This document shows, piece by piece, positions 29,897 through 37,568 of a stretch of 64,000 nucleotides of DNA. This DNA is from a virus (taxonomy: Duplodnaviria; Heunggongvirae; Uroviricota; Caudoviricetes). The notes under the pieces were generated by a model. That model was not told where the DNA came from and searched no databases. It worked only from the letters and a program-made list of their open reading frames with translations. Position numbers and translations under genes: made by a program. Position 1 is the stretch's first letter; every line of letters begins with the position of its first letter. The DNA lies in the IMG/VR virus record IMGVR_UViG_3300016476_000987, one strand, 5' to 3'.

Positions 29897-30314
29897 AGAT
29901 TTTAATCCAGGTAATTCGCATCAAGAAAATGTTAAGATTGCTATAGATAATATTATAGGAGAGACTACCAATCTTAAAAAGAAAAAAAAGAATGATGCAG
30001 ATCAAAAAAGAATTCTATTCAAAAAAATTATAGAAGGGATTATCTCTGCGGAAGAGCGATCAATAATGTTAGATGAAGCTTTTTCTATTGATTTGAATAA
30101 ACACAATAGTTTATTTTTTGAAGTTATAGATAATTTTTTAAAGTATAATTTTACCAAAGAACAAATAAGACTAATAGATTTCTATTTGTACGATAGGTAT
30201 AGCGCAGATGGATCTGTCTTAGATCTTATGGATGATAATAAGAACGTAGTTAAATTAGATACAGCAGACGATTTGTGGTACTTAATAAAAGCTATGGAGA
30301 CAAATGCGAAGTAA
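29883..30314 (+). CDS. hypothetical protein
   Basis: ORF only. Confidence 0.4.
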   Translation: MKMSKDFNPGNSHQENVKIAIDNIIGETTNLKKKKKNDADQKRILFKKIIEGIISAEERSIMLDEAFSIDLNKHNSLFFEVIDNFLKYNFTKEQIRLIDFYLYDRYSADGSVLDLMDDNKNVVKLDTADDLWYLIKAMETNAK

Positions 30315-30999
30315 GGGATTTAGAAATGCGATTTCGCTGACTATAGATCGGTCGGATGTGGAGAGAGCTATAAGGAATAGCAAGTCTAATAGAGGCGCTG
30401 CTAGGTACTTAGGAGTAAGCGTAAAGACGTATAAGAAAGTAGCATCCCGGTATAGAACAGATGACGGAAAGACACTGTACGATATTCATTGCAACAAAGC
30501 AGCTGCCGGTATCCCAAAGTATTCTAATAGAAAATCTAGAGGCGATGCCTTAATGGATATTCTAGAGGGGAGAGCAAGCATGAAGTTTGTTTCTGTTAAG
30601 GAGATAAAGGCCAGGCTTATTGCTGAGGGATACATTAAAGAAGAGTGCTGCCGTTGTAAATACAACGAAAGAAGGTCCATAGATGAGAAAGTTCCTCTGT
30701 TGATAAATTATGTAGATGGAAACAAGAGGAACTGGCAATTAGAGAACTTACAATTACTATGTTATAATTGTTATTTTTTACACATAGGGGATGTGTTTCA
30801 GCAAAAACAAATAGATGCATTAGAAGATTTTCAGGTCCTACAAAGCAAACCGGTAAGCTTCGATCTTCCTAAAATGCAAGAAGAGAAGATCAAAGAGACT
30901 CTTAACCTGGACAATAGACACATATACAGTATAGACGAAGAAGAGGAGAGACCGGAGGATTACGGTAATGATTTAATAGCTGGCTATAAAAGAAAGTAG
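30304..30999 (+). CDS. HNH homing endonuclease with N-terminal helix-turn-helix
   Basis: CCRCKYNERRSIDEKVPLLINYVDGNKRNWQLENLQLLCYNCY (HNH: C..C...H/D...N...N...C..C); N-terminal ARYLGVSVKTYKKVA HTH. Confidence 0.8.
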   Translation: MRSKGFRNAISLTIDRSDVERAIRNSKSNRGAARYLGVSVKTYKKVASRYRTDDGKTLYDIHCNKAAAGIPKYSNRKSRGDALMDILEGRASMKFVSVKEIKARLIAEGYIKEECCRCKYNERRSIDEKVPLLINYVDGNKRNWQLENLQLLCYNCYFLHIGDVFQQKQIDALEDFQVLQSKPVSFDLPKMQEEKIKETLNLDNRHIYSIDEEEERPEDYGNDLIAGYKRK

Positions 31000-31317
31000 A
31001 TGGCAGTTAAGCTGTATTACATATATGTGGATAGCCTAGATGTAGACTATAAAGAAGTGCTAAAAGAGCACGAACTGCCTTTATCTTTACAAATAATAGA
31101 CGCTATATGTACTGCCATAGAGGAAGGCAAATCTTTTGTAGAGATAGCTAAAATAATAACTCCTACCCACAACATAACTTTACAGTCCACACAAAAGAAT
31201 TTTGTAGAGACCTTGGAGCTAAACATGCAGACTCTTATAGAATATGAAGAGTATCTCCCTTGTGCCAGGGCTAAAAAGGCAATCGACATCCTATCAAAAA
31301 AATTTTTGGAGAATTAA
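31000..31317 (+). CDS. hypothetical protein
   Basis: ORF only. Confidence 0.4.
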   Translation: MAVKLYYIYVDSLDVDYKEVLKEHELPLSLQIIDAICTAIEEGKSFVEIAKIITPTHNITLQSTQKNFVETLELNMQTLIEYEEYLPCARAKKAIDILSKKFLEN

Positions 31318-31342
31318 GAAACTTGTTTACCTTTGACCTGAA

Positions 31343-31422
31343 GCCCTCTTGCTGAAATCGGTAGACAGGCCAGACTTAGGATCTGGTGCTTAGGCGTGTC
31401 AGTTCGAGTCTGACAGAGGGCA
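31343..31422 (+). tRNA. tRNA-Leu (anticodon TAG), type II with 11-nt variable region
   Basis: Hand fold: acceptor GCCCTCT/AGAGGGC, D stem CTG/CAG with GG loop, anticodon stem CCAGA/TCTGG loop CTTAGGA, T arm GTCAG-TTCGAGT-CTGAC, discriminator A. Confidence 0.8.
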
Positions 31423-31610
31423 CTTTCCCTATAAATAAATATTCGTAGTATGATAACTAAATTAGTAACAGTATCTTCAGTTGTTATTGGAATTTTTTTT
31501 ATAATTGGAAGTACTTTTAATCACATTAATCCTTGGTTGGCCGTAGGATTATTCGTAGGTGTGTTGTATTTTGCAGCTCATAAAATAGACAAGATAATAA
31601 AAAAAGAAAA

Positions 31611-32420
31611 ATGAAAAAAACAATCAGTCTTATCGCAGTCGTAGTTTTGTTCGTAGTATCCTCTTGCGAACGAGTAGCTCCTAATTATTACGGGGTATTG
31701 ATGGAAAACTTTGGTAAGTCCGGTAAATCTGACTACTCTCGTCAGCAGGGCCGAGTAAACACAATGTCTCCAGGTACGGAACTGTTCCAGGTACCGGCTT
31801 GGGAACAAAGGGCAAATTTCACTGATGATAATGGGAATGAAAGAGTATTAAAATTAAAAGCTTCTGATAACACAGAATTTTCTGCAAAGCCCATCTATTC
31901 CTATAAAGCTATCGAAAACAAAGTAGTAGACTTGGTATTCCAAAACTCACGCCTTGGCTCAGGAGACGGCTTTATGAGAGCCTTAGAAGACAACGTACTT
32001 GAGCCTCGAATGTACGACATTATTAAAGAAGAGAGCCGTAGATACACTACAGATACGCTTATGGCACAAGGTGGGGGCCTTTTGTTTGAGCAACGAGTTC
32101 AAGAGGTAATTCGTAAAGCCTTTGAAGATGCTGGTCTCCAGCTGGTCTCCTTCAGTTCTAACCTTGACTTTAGTGAGAAGGTGAAGCAAAAGATTGATAC
32201 TCGTAATGAGGTGAATACTAATATCTCTGTACTTGATCAGCAGATTGCAGAGCAGCGTAAGCGTAATGAACTTGCTGAGCTCCAAACCCAAGAAAACATT
32301 ATCAAGAGTCGAGGTATTACTGAAGAGCTGCTTCAGCAACAAGCTATTCAGAAGTGGAATGGCGTTCTTCCTTCTACCTGGTCTGGATCTAATCTGCCTT
32401 TTGTAAAAGCGATTAAGTAA
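31611..32420 (+). CDS. lipoprotein with coiled-coil region (possibly SPFH/band-7-like)
   Basis: Signal peptide plus lipobox MKKTISLIAVVVLFVVSSC; long Glu/Gln-rich coiled coil; lies between tRNA genes. Confidence 0.5.
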   Translation: MKKTISLIAVVVLFVVSSCERVAPNYYGVLMENFGKSGKSDYSRQQGRVNTMSPGTELFQVPAWEQRANFTDDNGNERVLKLKASDNTEFSAKPIYSYKAIENKVVDLVFQNSRLGSGDGFMRALEDNVLEPRMYDIIKEESRRYTTDTLMAQGGGLLFEQRVQEVIRKAFEDAGLQLVSFSSNLDFSEKVKQKIDTRNEVNTNISVLDQQIAEQRKRNELAELQTQENIIKSRGITEELLQQQAIQKWNGVLPSTWSGSNLPFVKAIK

Positions 32421-32563
32421 AGTAAAAAGTACCTCGAACGCTTCCCGTAAGATCAGCGCACCAGCATGAGGTCTTGTTTCCACGTAAGTGAATAGCCCAA
32501 GGCATAAGCTATGGTGGAGTACCAAACCTCTCTTTGACTGGCCATCAAATGATGTTTGGATAT

Positions 32564-32651
32564 AGTCAGGCGACCTTGTGGTAAAGGTTTTAGGAGGGCG
32601 CATCTCTGTTATGCATAAATCCTCCCTTGGGTTCGAGTCCCTTCCTGACTA
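32564..32651 (+). tRNA. atypical tRNA-like element (unit A, 88 nt): canonical acceptor/T arm, anticodon stem GGAGG/CCTCC enclosing a 23-nt loop
   Basis: Acceptor AGTCAGG/CCTGACT, D arm ACCT-TGTGGTAA-AGGT, T loop TTCGAGT; inner hairpin GCAT-CTCTGTT-ATGC. Confidence 0.4.
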
Positions 32652-32772
32652 CTGATTCAGTTTGCCCGTGGTAACGACTTGTTATAAGAAATTATAATTG
32701 GTTTCTGTGATCAAAATCCAAGCAATGTCTCACTGTTGTTTGGGCTAAATGTGAGGAAAAAACGGGATGTTT

Positions 32773-32875
32773 AGTCAGGTGGCGGAGTGGGCTAACGCTA
32801 ACTAGGAAGAGTCTGAGGGGTGGTAGCCTAGTACCAATACCCTGATGACCACAGGTTCGAATCCTGTCCTGACTA
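32773..32875 (+). tRNA. atypical tRNA-like element (unit B, 103 nt): tRNA-Leu-like D arm GCGG-AGTGGGCTA-ACGC, stem CTAGG/CCTAG with 20-nt loop
   Basis: Same acceptor AGTCAGG/CCTGACT; T arm ACAGG-TTCGAAT-CCTGT. Confidence 0.4.
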
Positions 32876-33005
32876 CAATTGGTTGCAGGTTTTGGAAACA
32901 CTGCGTAATGTCAAGTATAAATCCAGCGGCTACACTTGGTCCAGTAGCAGAGGGTCTTGCCCCAATTATTTTTAATTCAGTCCTGGCTACTTAACAAGTA
33001 ATTAA

Positions 33006-33431
33006 ATGGAGATAACAAAATATAATATTTGTGAAACTATTGAGAACTATCTTAAAGAATTAAAAGTAAGGTATTCTATTCTTGATCCAGATTCTAAAGG
33101 TTGCGTCTATGAGCTTTTCAGTACATCAATGTCAGGACATATTCAAGTTGAATATAATCTTGATGATGAGAATGATAGTTATTTTGTTTTGCAGTTTTAT
33201 ACAGCAGTAGATAACCTCGGTTATTCAATATACCATCAGGAATGGGATAATGAATGTGAAAATTGTGATTCTGTAGAAGGTGAAATAGATAATTTATTAG
33301 AGTCTGTTAAAAAAATAAATCAAGGAATTTCAAAAATATCTACAAAGATTGAACAAATAAAAGATCTATGTGGTGAATATGGGTTAGACTTTGATAGTCT
33401 TATAACATTAAATTATGATTTTGATTCTTAA
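33006..33431 (+). CDS. hypothetical acidic protein inside tRNA island
   Basis: ORF only. Confidence 0.45.
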   Translation: MEITKYNICETIENYLKELKVRYSILDPDSKGCVYELFSTSMSGHIQVEYNLDDENDSYFVLQFYTAVDNLGYSIYHQEWDNECENCDSVEGEIDNLLESVKKINQGISKISTKIEQIKDLCGEYGLDFDSLITLNYDFDS

Positions 33432-33454
33432 TAAATCTACTAAAACAAACAGTT

Positions 33455-33727
33455 ATGAAATCAAATAAAGAATACAGATTTGCCGACAATCCAAAAGAAA
33501 AAGAGTTTCACGATAAATTCAAACAAATGTTTGAAATATCAAACACTACAAGAAATTCATTATCGGCAATTATCTTTGGTTGGAAAGATGCTTCACAAAA
33601 CTATCCAAATGTATATTTAACTGATAAAGAAGAAGATATTTGCCTAAATCTTATACAATGGCTTGGCAGTCCTGTCGGTCAATCATTTCTTAAAGAATGT
33701 GGTTTTGATAACAATGAAAACAAATAG
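33455..33727 (+). CDS. hypothetical protein
   Basis: ORF only. Confidence 0.4.
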   Translation: MKSNKEYRFADNPKEKEFHDKFKQMFEISNTTRNSLSAIIFGWKDASQNYPNVYLTDKEEDICLNLIQWLGSPVGQSFLKECGFDNNENK

Positions 33728-33729
33728 TT

Positions 33730-33936
33730 ATGGCAAACAAAGTATGGCACAAAGTAGTAATTGCAACAGAGGAACAGGATGTTACAGTTCGTCCTACTGA
33801 TGAAAACGATGGTATTATTTTAGAAACGAAAGAGCCAGATGGCACTGGAAGTCCCAGACTATATCTTAATAGAGATGAAATGGAGTTTCTTATCACTAAG
33901 ATGAGAGAGATGATGGATTATGTAACTTCTAAATAA
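33730..33936 (+). CDS. hypothetical protein
   Basis: ORF only. Confidence 0.4.
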   Translation: MANKVWHKVVIATEEQDVTVRPTDENDGIILETKEPDGTGSPRLYLNRDEMEFLITKMREMMDYVTSK

Positions 33937-33943
33937 AAAAACA

Positions 33944-34261
33944 ATGTTGTATCCAAGAGCTTATCATAAAGACGGCAGACATAGAAGACCAATTCCTCAA
34001 TGGGCTAAAATTGTAATAGGAATTATTCTAGTTTCTATATGGGTTTTTATTGGTATTGAGTCTATAGTAAGTCGTACTAAAAAAGTAAAAGTATATGGAA
34101 CGGTAGTAAGTCACCATATAACTAATGACAGGTCTGGAAATCCTACTTACTACACTATTATCAAAACAGATGATGGACAAATAATGACTAAGAAGGGTTT
34201 AAATTACTTTATAATTAAAGAGGATGATAGGGTAGTGATAGACGATTATGTATTTGAGTAA
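33944..34261 (+). CDS. hypothetical membrane protein (one TM helix)
   Basis: IVIGIILVSIWVFIGI hydrophobic segment. Confidence 0.45.
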   Translation: MLYPRAYHKDGRHRRPIPQWAKIVIGIILVSIWVFIGIESIVSRTKKVKVYGTVVSHHITNDRSGNPTYYTIIKTDDGQIMTKKGLNYFIIKEDDRVVIDDYVFE

Positions 34262-34327
34262 AAAAATTTTGTTCGTATTCTTAAGTGCCCTATCTTTGCC
34301 CTGGATCTTTGAAATAAGGGATTAGTT

Positions 34328-34413
34328 GCCCCGGTGATGGAACTGGTAGACATGAAGGACTTAAAATCCTTTTCGCCGAAAAGCGAGTACGGGTTCGACT
34401 CCCGTCTGGGGCA
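34328..34413 (+). tRNA. tRNA-Leu (anticodon TAA), type II
   Basis: Acceptor GCCCCGG/CTGGGGC, anticodon stem AAGGA/TCCTT loop CTTAAAA, variable hairpin TCGCCGAAAAGCGAG, T arm ACGGG-TTCGACT-CCCGT. Confidence 0.85.
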
Positions 34414-34419
34414 CAAAAT

Positions 34420-34529
34420 AGTCAGGTGGCGAAATTGGTTAGACGCTAAAAGCGGGTTCGTAACCCTTGACCGTCTGGTATCAGATGCTTAGAGTAACAC
34501 TCGTACAAGTTCGAATCTTGTCCTGACTG
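34420..34529 (+). tRNA. atypical tRNA-like element (unit C, 110 nt): Leu-like D arm GCGA-AATTGGTTAG-ACGC, expanded central region with small hairpins
   Basis: Acceptor AGTCAGG/CCTGACT, T arm ACAAG-TTCGAAT-CTTGT, discriminator G. Confidence 0.4.
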
Positions 34530-34558
34530 CAATTATTAAACAATAAAACAAATAAACA

Positions 34559-34810
34559 ATGAGACCAGACGAAATGAGAAACGAAATTGTAAGAGAAAAG
34601 GTAGAGTATAAACCCGATCCTAGTGACCTAAGAAAAAGACATCCAATTATTATTGAATTTCTTGATAGCGGGTGTATTGTTAGAGTAGGATGTAAATCAA
34701 TAGCATTTAATGATTATAGAAATGGAATGGAAGAAATAAATGCTTATGTAAAAGATCCTATTACTGCATATCAAAAGTGGGGTAAAGAATTAGGAATAGA
34801 ATTGTACTGA
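34559..34810 (+). CDS. hypothetical protein
   Basis: ORF only. Confidence 0.45.
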   Translation: MRPDEMRNEIVREKVEYKPDPSDLRKRHPIIIEFLDSGCIVRVGCKSIAFNDYRNGMEEINAYVKDPITAYQKWGKELGIELY

Positions 34811-34819
34811 TACAAGGTT

Positions 34820-34906
34820 AGTCAGGTGGCTGTAGGTATCAGCTTTAGGAGGTTGCATCTCTGTTATGTGTAATGCCTTCCACGGGTTCGAATCCTGTTC
34901 TGACTA
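34820..34906 (+). tRNA. atypical tRNA-like element (unit D, 87 nt), homologous to unit A (stem GGAGG/CCTTC, 23-nt loop containing GCATCTCTGTTATG)
   Basis: Acceptor AGTCAGG/TCTGACT (one GU), D arm GCTG-TAGGTAT-CAGC, T arm ACGGG-TTCGAAT-CCTGT. Confidence 0.4.
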
Positions 34907-35030
34907 CAAAAAAATAAAAGTAATGCAAAAAGAAGAAATCAAACTATGGATTGATAGATGGTCTAAATTAAAACCATCTCCGAAAAAAGATATGTTAATT
35001 AAGATTTGGTCTAGGTTTTTATAACAAATA

Positions 35031-35152
35031 GTCAGGTGGCGGAATGGTAGACGCAGAGGGGTCAACATCCTCGAAATAGGGAGTATAAAAAAGTTGAAAT
35101 ATAGGTACCGCACACTCCAGACATCGTACAAGTTCGAATCTTGTCCTGACTA
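35031..35152 (+). tRNA. atypical tRNA-Leu(CAA)-like element (unit E, 122 nt): normal anticodon arm GAGGG-GTCAACA-TCCTC but ~54-nt variable region
   Basis: Acceptor AGTCAGG/CCTGACT, D arm GCGG-AATGGTAG-ACGC identical to bacterial tRNA-Leu, T arm ACAAG-TTCGAAT-CTTGT. Confidence 0.45.
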
Positions 35153-35272
35153 CGAGGGGAAAGTAACCTAAAGAGAGCCTCAAATGGTGAATGTCTGTAG
35201 CTTATCTAAGCATAGCAGATTGTGACCGCCGGTAATGATCTCAGCAGGTGACACACGGGAGAGACCGTACAT

Positions 35273-35376
35273 AGTCAGGTGGCGATAATGGATATACGCA
35301 CCCTTAGTTCAGGGAGTATGGAAATATGAGGTAATGAATACCATACAATGTGCAAGTTCGAATCTTGCCCTGACCG
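35273..35376 (+). tRNA. atypical tRNA-like element (unit F, 104 nt); T stem GCAAG/CTTGC covaries relative to other units
   Basis: Acceptor AGTCAGG/CCTGACC, D arm GCGA-TAATGGATAT-ACGC, T loop TTCGAAT. Confidence 0.35.
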
Positions 35377-35507
35377 CGCAGAAATCCAACACAACGACGT
35401 GGTAGCCATTTTCGGATGGAGAGTAACCGTGAAGTAATAGTAGCGGAGCATACCCAAAAAAATGTTATCGGGACGTGCAATGGTTGACAGCCGGAAAGAC
35501 GGCAAAT

Positions 35508-35592
35508 GGTCAAATAGTGTATGGCGCACAGAGGAAGTAGTCGCAGCAATGTAGACCCGAATCGAGGGTGGGTTCGATTCCCAGTTTGACCG
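35508..35592 (+). tRNA. possible type II tRNA-like gene (85 nt) with no clean anticodon arm
   Basis: Acceptor GGTCAAA/TTTGACC perfectly paired, T arm TGGG-TTCGATT-CCCA, D stem GTG/CAC with GG loop; no 5-bp anticodon stem found. Confidence 0.3.
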
Positions 35593-35699
35593 CATATTCC
35601 CCTGCATAGTGCGGAATGGTGTGGAGTAATCAGGTAGGCGCACCCCAAAACCAGTAAGGTTATGAGAGGCAAAACAATTGTCTGACACTGGTAAAATCG

Positions 35700-35740
35700 T
35701 GACAGCGTGGAAAGACACCCTGACAGCGTGGAAAAGACAC
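35700..35740 (+). repeat. tandem direct repeat TGACAGCGTGGAAAGACAC x2 immediately upstream of tRNA-Met
   Basis: Two copies, 19/20 nt identical, read directly. Confidence 0.6.
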
Positions 35741-35746
35741 GCAATT

Positions 35747-35820
35747 GGACCCTTAGCTCAGTTGGTTAGAGCAAATGACTCATAATCATTAGGTCCACGG
35801 TTCAAGCCCGTGAGGGTCCA
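35747..35820 (+). tRNA. tRNA-Met (anticodon CAT; elongator-type or Ile-lysidine type cannot be distinguished)
   Basis: GGACCCT...AGGGTCC acceptor, D arm GCTC-AGTTGGTTA-GAGC, anticodon stem AATGA/TCATT loop CTCATAA, T arm CACGG-TTCAAGC-CCGTG. Confidence 0.9.
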
Positions 35821-35827
35821 CAATACT

Positions 35828-35901
35828 GGTCTGGTAGCTCAGTTGGATAGAGCGGCAGCCTTCTAAGCTGTAGGTCATTGGTTCGAATCCAATCCGGATC
35901 A
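35828..35901 (+). tRNA. tRNA-Arg (anticodon TCT)
   Basis: Acceptor GGTCTGG/CCGGATC, anticodon loop CTTCTAA, T arm ATTGG-TTCGAAT-CCAAT. Confidence 0.9.
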
Positions 35902-35944
35902 CTAATAACTCTTTATGGAAGACAACAAAGGTGAGTATTATTAT

Positions 35945-35990
35945 ATAGCAGTTAGAGTCTTAACTATGACTTTAGCTGCTATTCTTTTTA
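35945..35990 (+). terminator. hairpin ATAGCAG...CTGCTAT followed by TCTTTTTAT; likely terminator of the tRNA cluster
   Basis: 7-bp perfect stem plus partial extension, T-run downstream. Confidence 0.45.
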
Positions 35991-36113
35991 TAGCACTAGT
36001 GGAAGGTTGCTAATTTATTTATTAAAAAATATTTTGATACATAAACAATACTTTGTAAATTCGACAAAATGTATAACAAAAACAAAAGGTTTAATTTTTA
36101 AATTGATTTTAGA

Positions 36114-36656
36114 ATGAACAATTCTTATCTTGACGAGGTAGCAGAGAAGTTTGTAAGTGTTATTAAAAAGACACCGGAGTGTGGTTTGTATAGAGATTCA
36201 AACAACACATCCGGCCAATCTTATGAGTCTAAATACTTTAGCAGTGCTCAAATAATAAAACACTCTAGTAATGGAGTAGATCAGATTGTAGTAAAGACTA
36301 TTCCGCATTCCTGGAGTCCTGAGCCTATCTATGTATTTAAACTAAAGATTAATAAGAAAGGAATTTCAGAAGGATTCCTGGATATTATTCCGACATTGAA
36401 AAACTATAACTTTAATACTAAGCATAAGTGGACAAGGAAAGAAGATTCTCCAGAGTGGATGTACTTGCTTAGTTTACAATATTTACATGTGGAGTTACCT
36501 ACACAAGACGATATTAATAGTTTTGTAGACATGGCAACCTCTATGTACTCTTCTTACCTCTTTTCAACATTGGAGACCGGATCTAGAGACAATGATAAAA
36601 TGGTATCTGAAATCCAGGAGTTTTATAAAAAAATACTAAACAACATTATAGAATGA
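36114..36656 (+). CDS. hypothetical protein
   Basis: ORF only. Confidence 0.45.
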   Translation: MNNSYLDEVAEKFVSVIKKTPECGLYRDSNNTSGQSYESKYFSSAQIIKHSSNGVDQIVVKTIPHSWSPEPIYVFKLKINKKGISEGFLDIIPTLKNYNFNTKHKWTRKEDSPEWMYLLSLQYLHVELPTQDDINSFVDMATSMYSSYLFSTLETGSRDNDKMVSEIQEFYKKILNNIIE

Positions 36657-36976
36657 AAAAAGAACCTGAAGTTAAGACAGAAGCAGTTGTGGAAGTAAAA
36701 GCGACTACCCCTAGTAAGAAGTACAAGCTTACTAGTTCTGATAAAAAAGTATCTCTAGAGGCTGATGAAGTTCAGTACATAGTATGGAGATCTAATGGAA
36801 CTTTTGGAAGTACTACTAATAACCCTTCTGTAGGTAACAGCCTGGCTTTAGATCTAGTAGTAGGAGAGTCTGCTACCCATGTTACTGATGTTATAGTAGA
36901 GATAGTAGAGAACACCGGCAAATCAGTAAAGTTTAAGACTAAAGACAAAAGTTACGAATTGGTAGTACAGAAGTAA
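36653..36976 (+). CDS. hypothetical protein
   Basis: ORF, 4-nt overlap coupling. Confidence 0.45.
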   Translation: MKKEPEVKTEAVVEVKATTPSKKYKLTSSDKKVSLEADEVQYIVWRSNGTFGSTTNNPSVGNSLALDLVVGESATHVTDVIVEIVENTGKSVKFKTKDKSYELVVQK

Positions 36977-36988
36977 TATAAAGGCTGT

Positions 36989-37306
36989 ATGAGCAGAAAA
37001 AACAGTAAGACAACAGAACTGTACTTAGGCTCAGGAGCTAATTTAGAACTAGTATCAACTAAAGTATTGTCTACTACAGATACTCTTGTATTGTACGGCC
37101 CTTCGGGAGATAATTACGAATTACAAATAAAAATTGAGGGAGACTTGAGTAATATTCCTGAGGAGTATCATCAAGCCTTCCTCAATATGTTTTCGGCCAA
37201 GTATTTGGGAAGAGTGTCCTACACAGAGAATATTTTATCTGATCATGAAAATCCTCCTAAGAGAAAGTGGTATGAGTTCTGGAAAATAATAAAGATTTCC
37301 TTTTAA
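36989..37306 (+). CDS. hypothetical protein
   Basis: ORF only. Confidence 0.45.
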   Translation: MSRKNSKTTELYLGSGANLELVSTKVLSTTDTLVLYGPSGDNYELQIKIEGDLSNIPEEYHQAFLNMFSAKYLGRVSYTENILSDHENPPKRKWYEFWKIIKISF

Positions 37307-37307
37307 T

Positions 37308-37568
37308 ATGAAAAGACAATACACAGATGTCTTAGAAGACATAATAAATAAGATGTTTGAGATTTCCAATCATACAGTAACGTATAAGTCTTTATTAGGT
37401 AGAACAGATCCTTGGTATACTCAATATGAAATGACTAAAGAACAGGAGCAGCAGTGGTTAGAGTATGGTGTTTCATATATTAGAACTGAGATGAAAGTTC
37501 CAAAATACATAGCTAAAAATATGATGGCAAACATACATCTTCTGTATGGATTAAAAGTAAAAGAATGA
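37308..37568 (+). CDS. hypothetical protein
   Basis: ORF only. Confidence 0.4.
   Translation: MKRQYTDVLEDIINKMFEISNHTVTYKSLLGRTDPWYTQYEMTKEQEQQWLEYGVSYIRTEMKVPKYIAKNMMANIHLLYGLKVKE

Noticed and set aside
31983-32603. Minus-strand ORF 31983-32603 (206 aa); also 31578-31808 and 32692-32901
   Set aside because: These lie antisense to a well-supported lipoprotein gene and to tRNA-like units, with low-complexity translations. Judged spurious.
32564-35376. Reading the tRNA-like units on the minus strand
   Set aside because: The D-arm GG loop and the T-loop TTCGAAT are canonical only on the + strand. The reverse complement gives ATTCGAA and loses the D-loop signature.
35275-35744. Minus-strand ORFs 35275-35718 and 35304-35744 (147 and 146 aa) from the six-frame track
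   Set aside because: They run straight across tRNA-like units, an 85-nt tRNA-like gene and the tRNA-Met upstream repeats. The composition is Cys/Arg/His-rich and non-protein-like. Treated as spurious.
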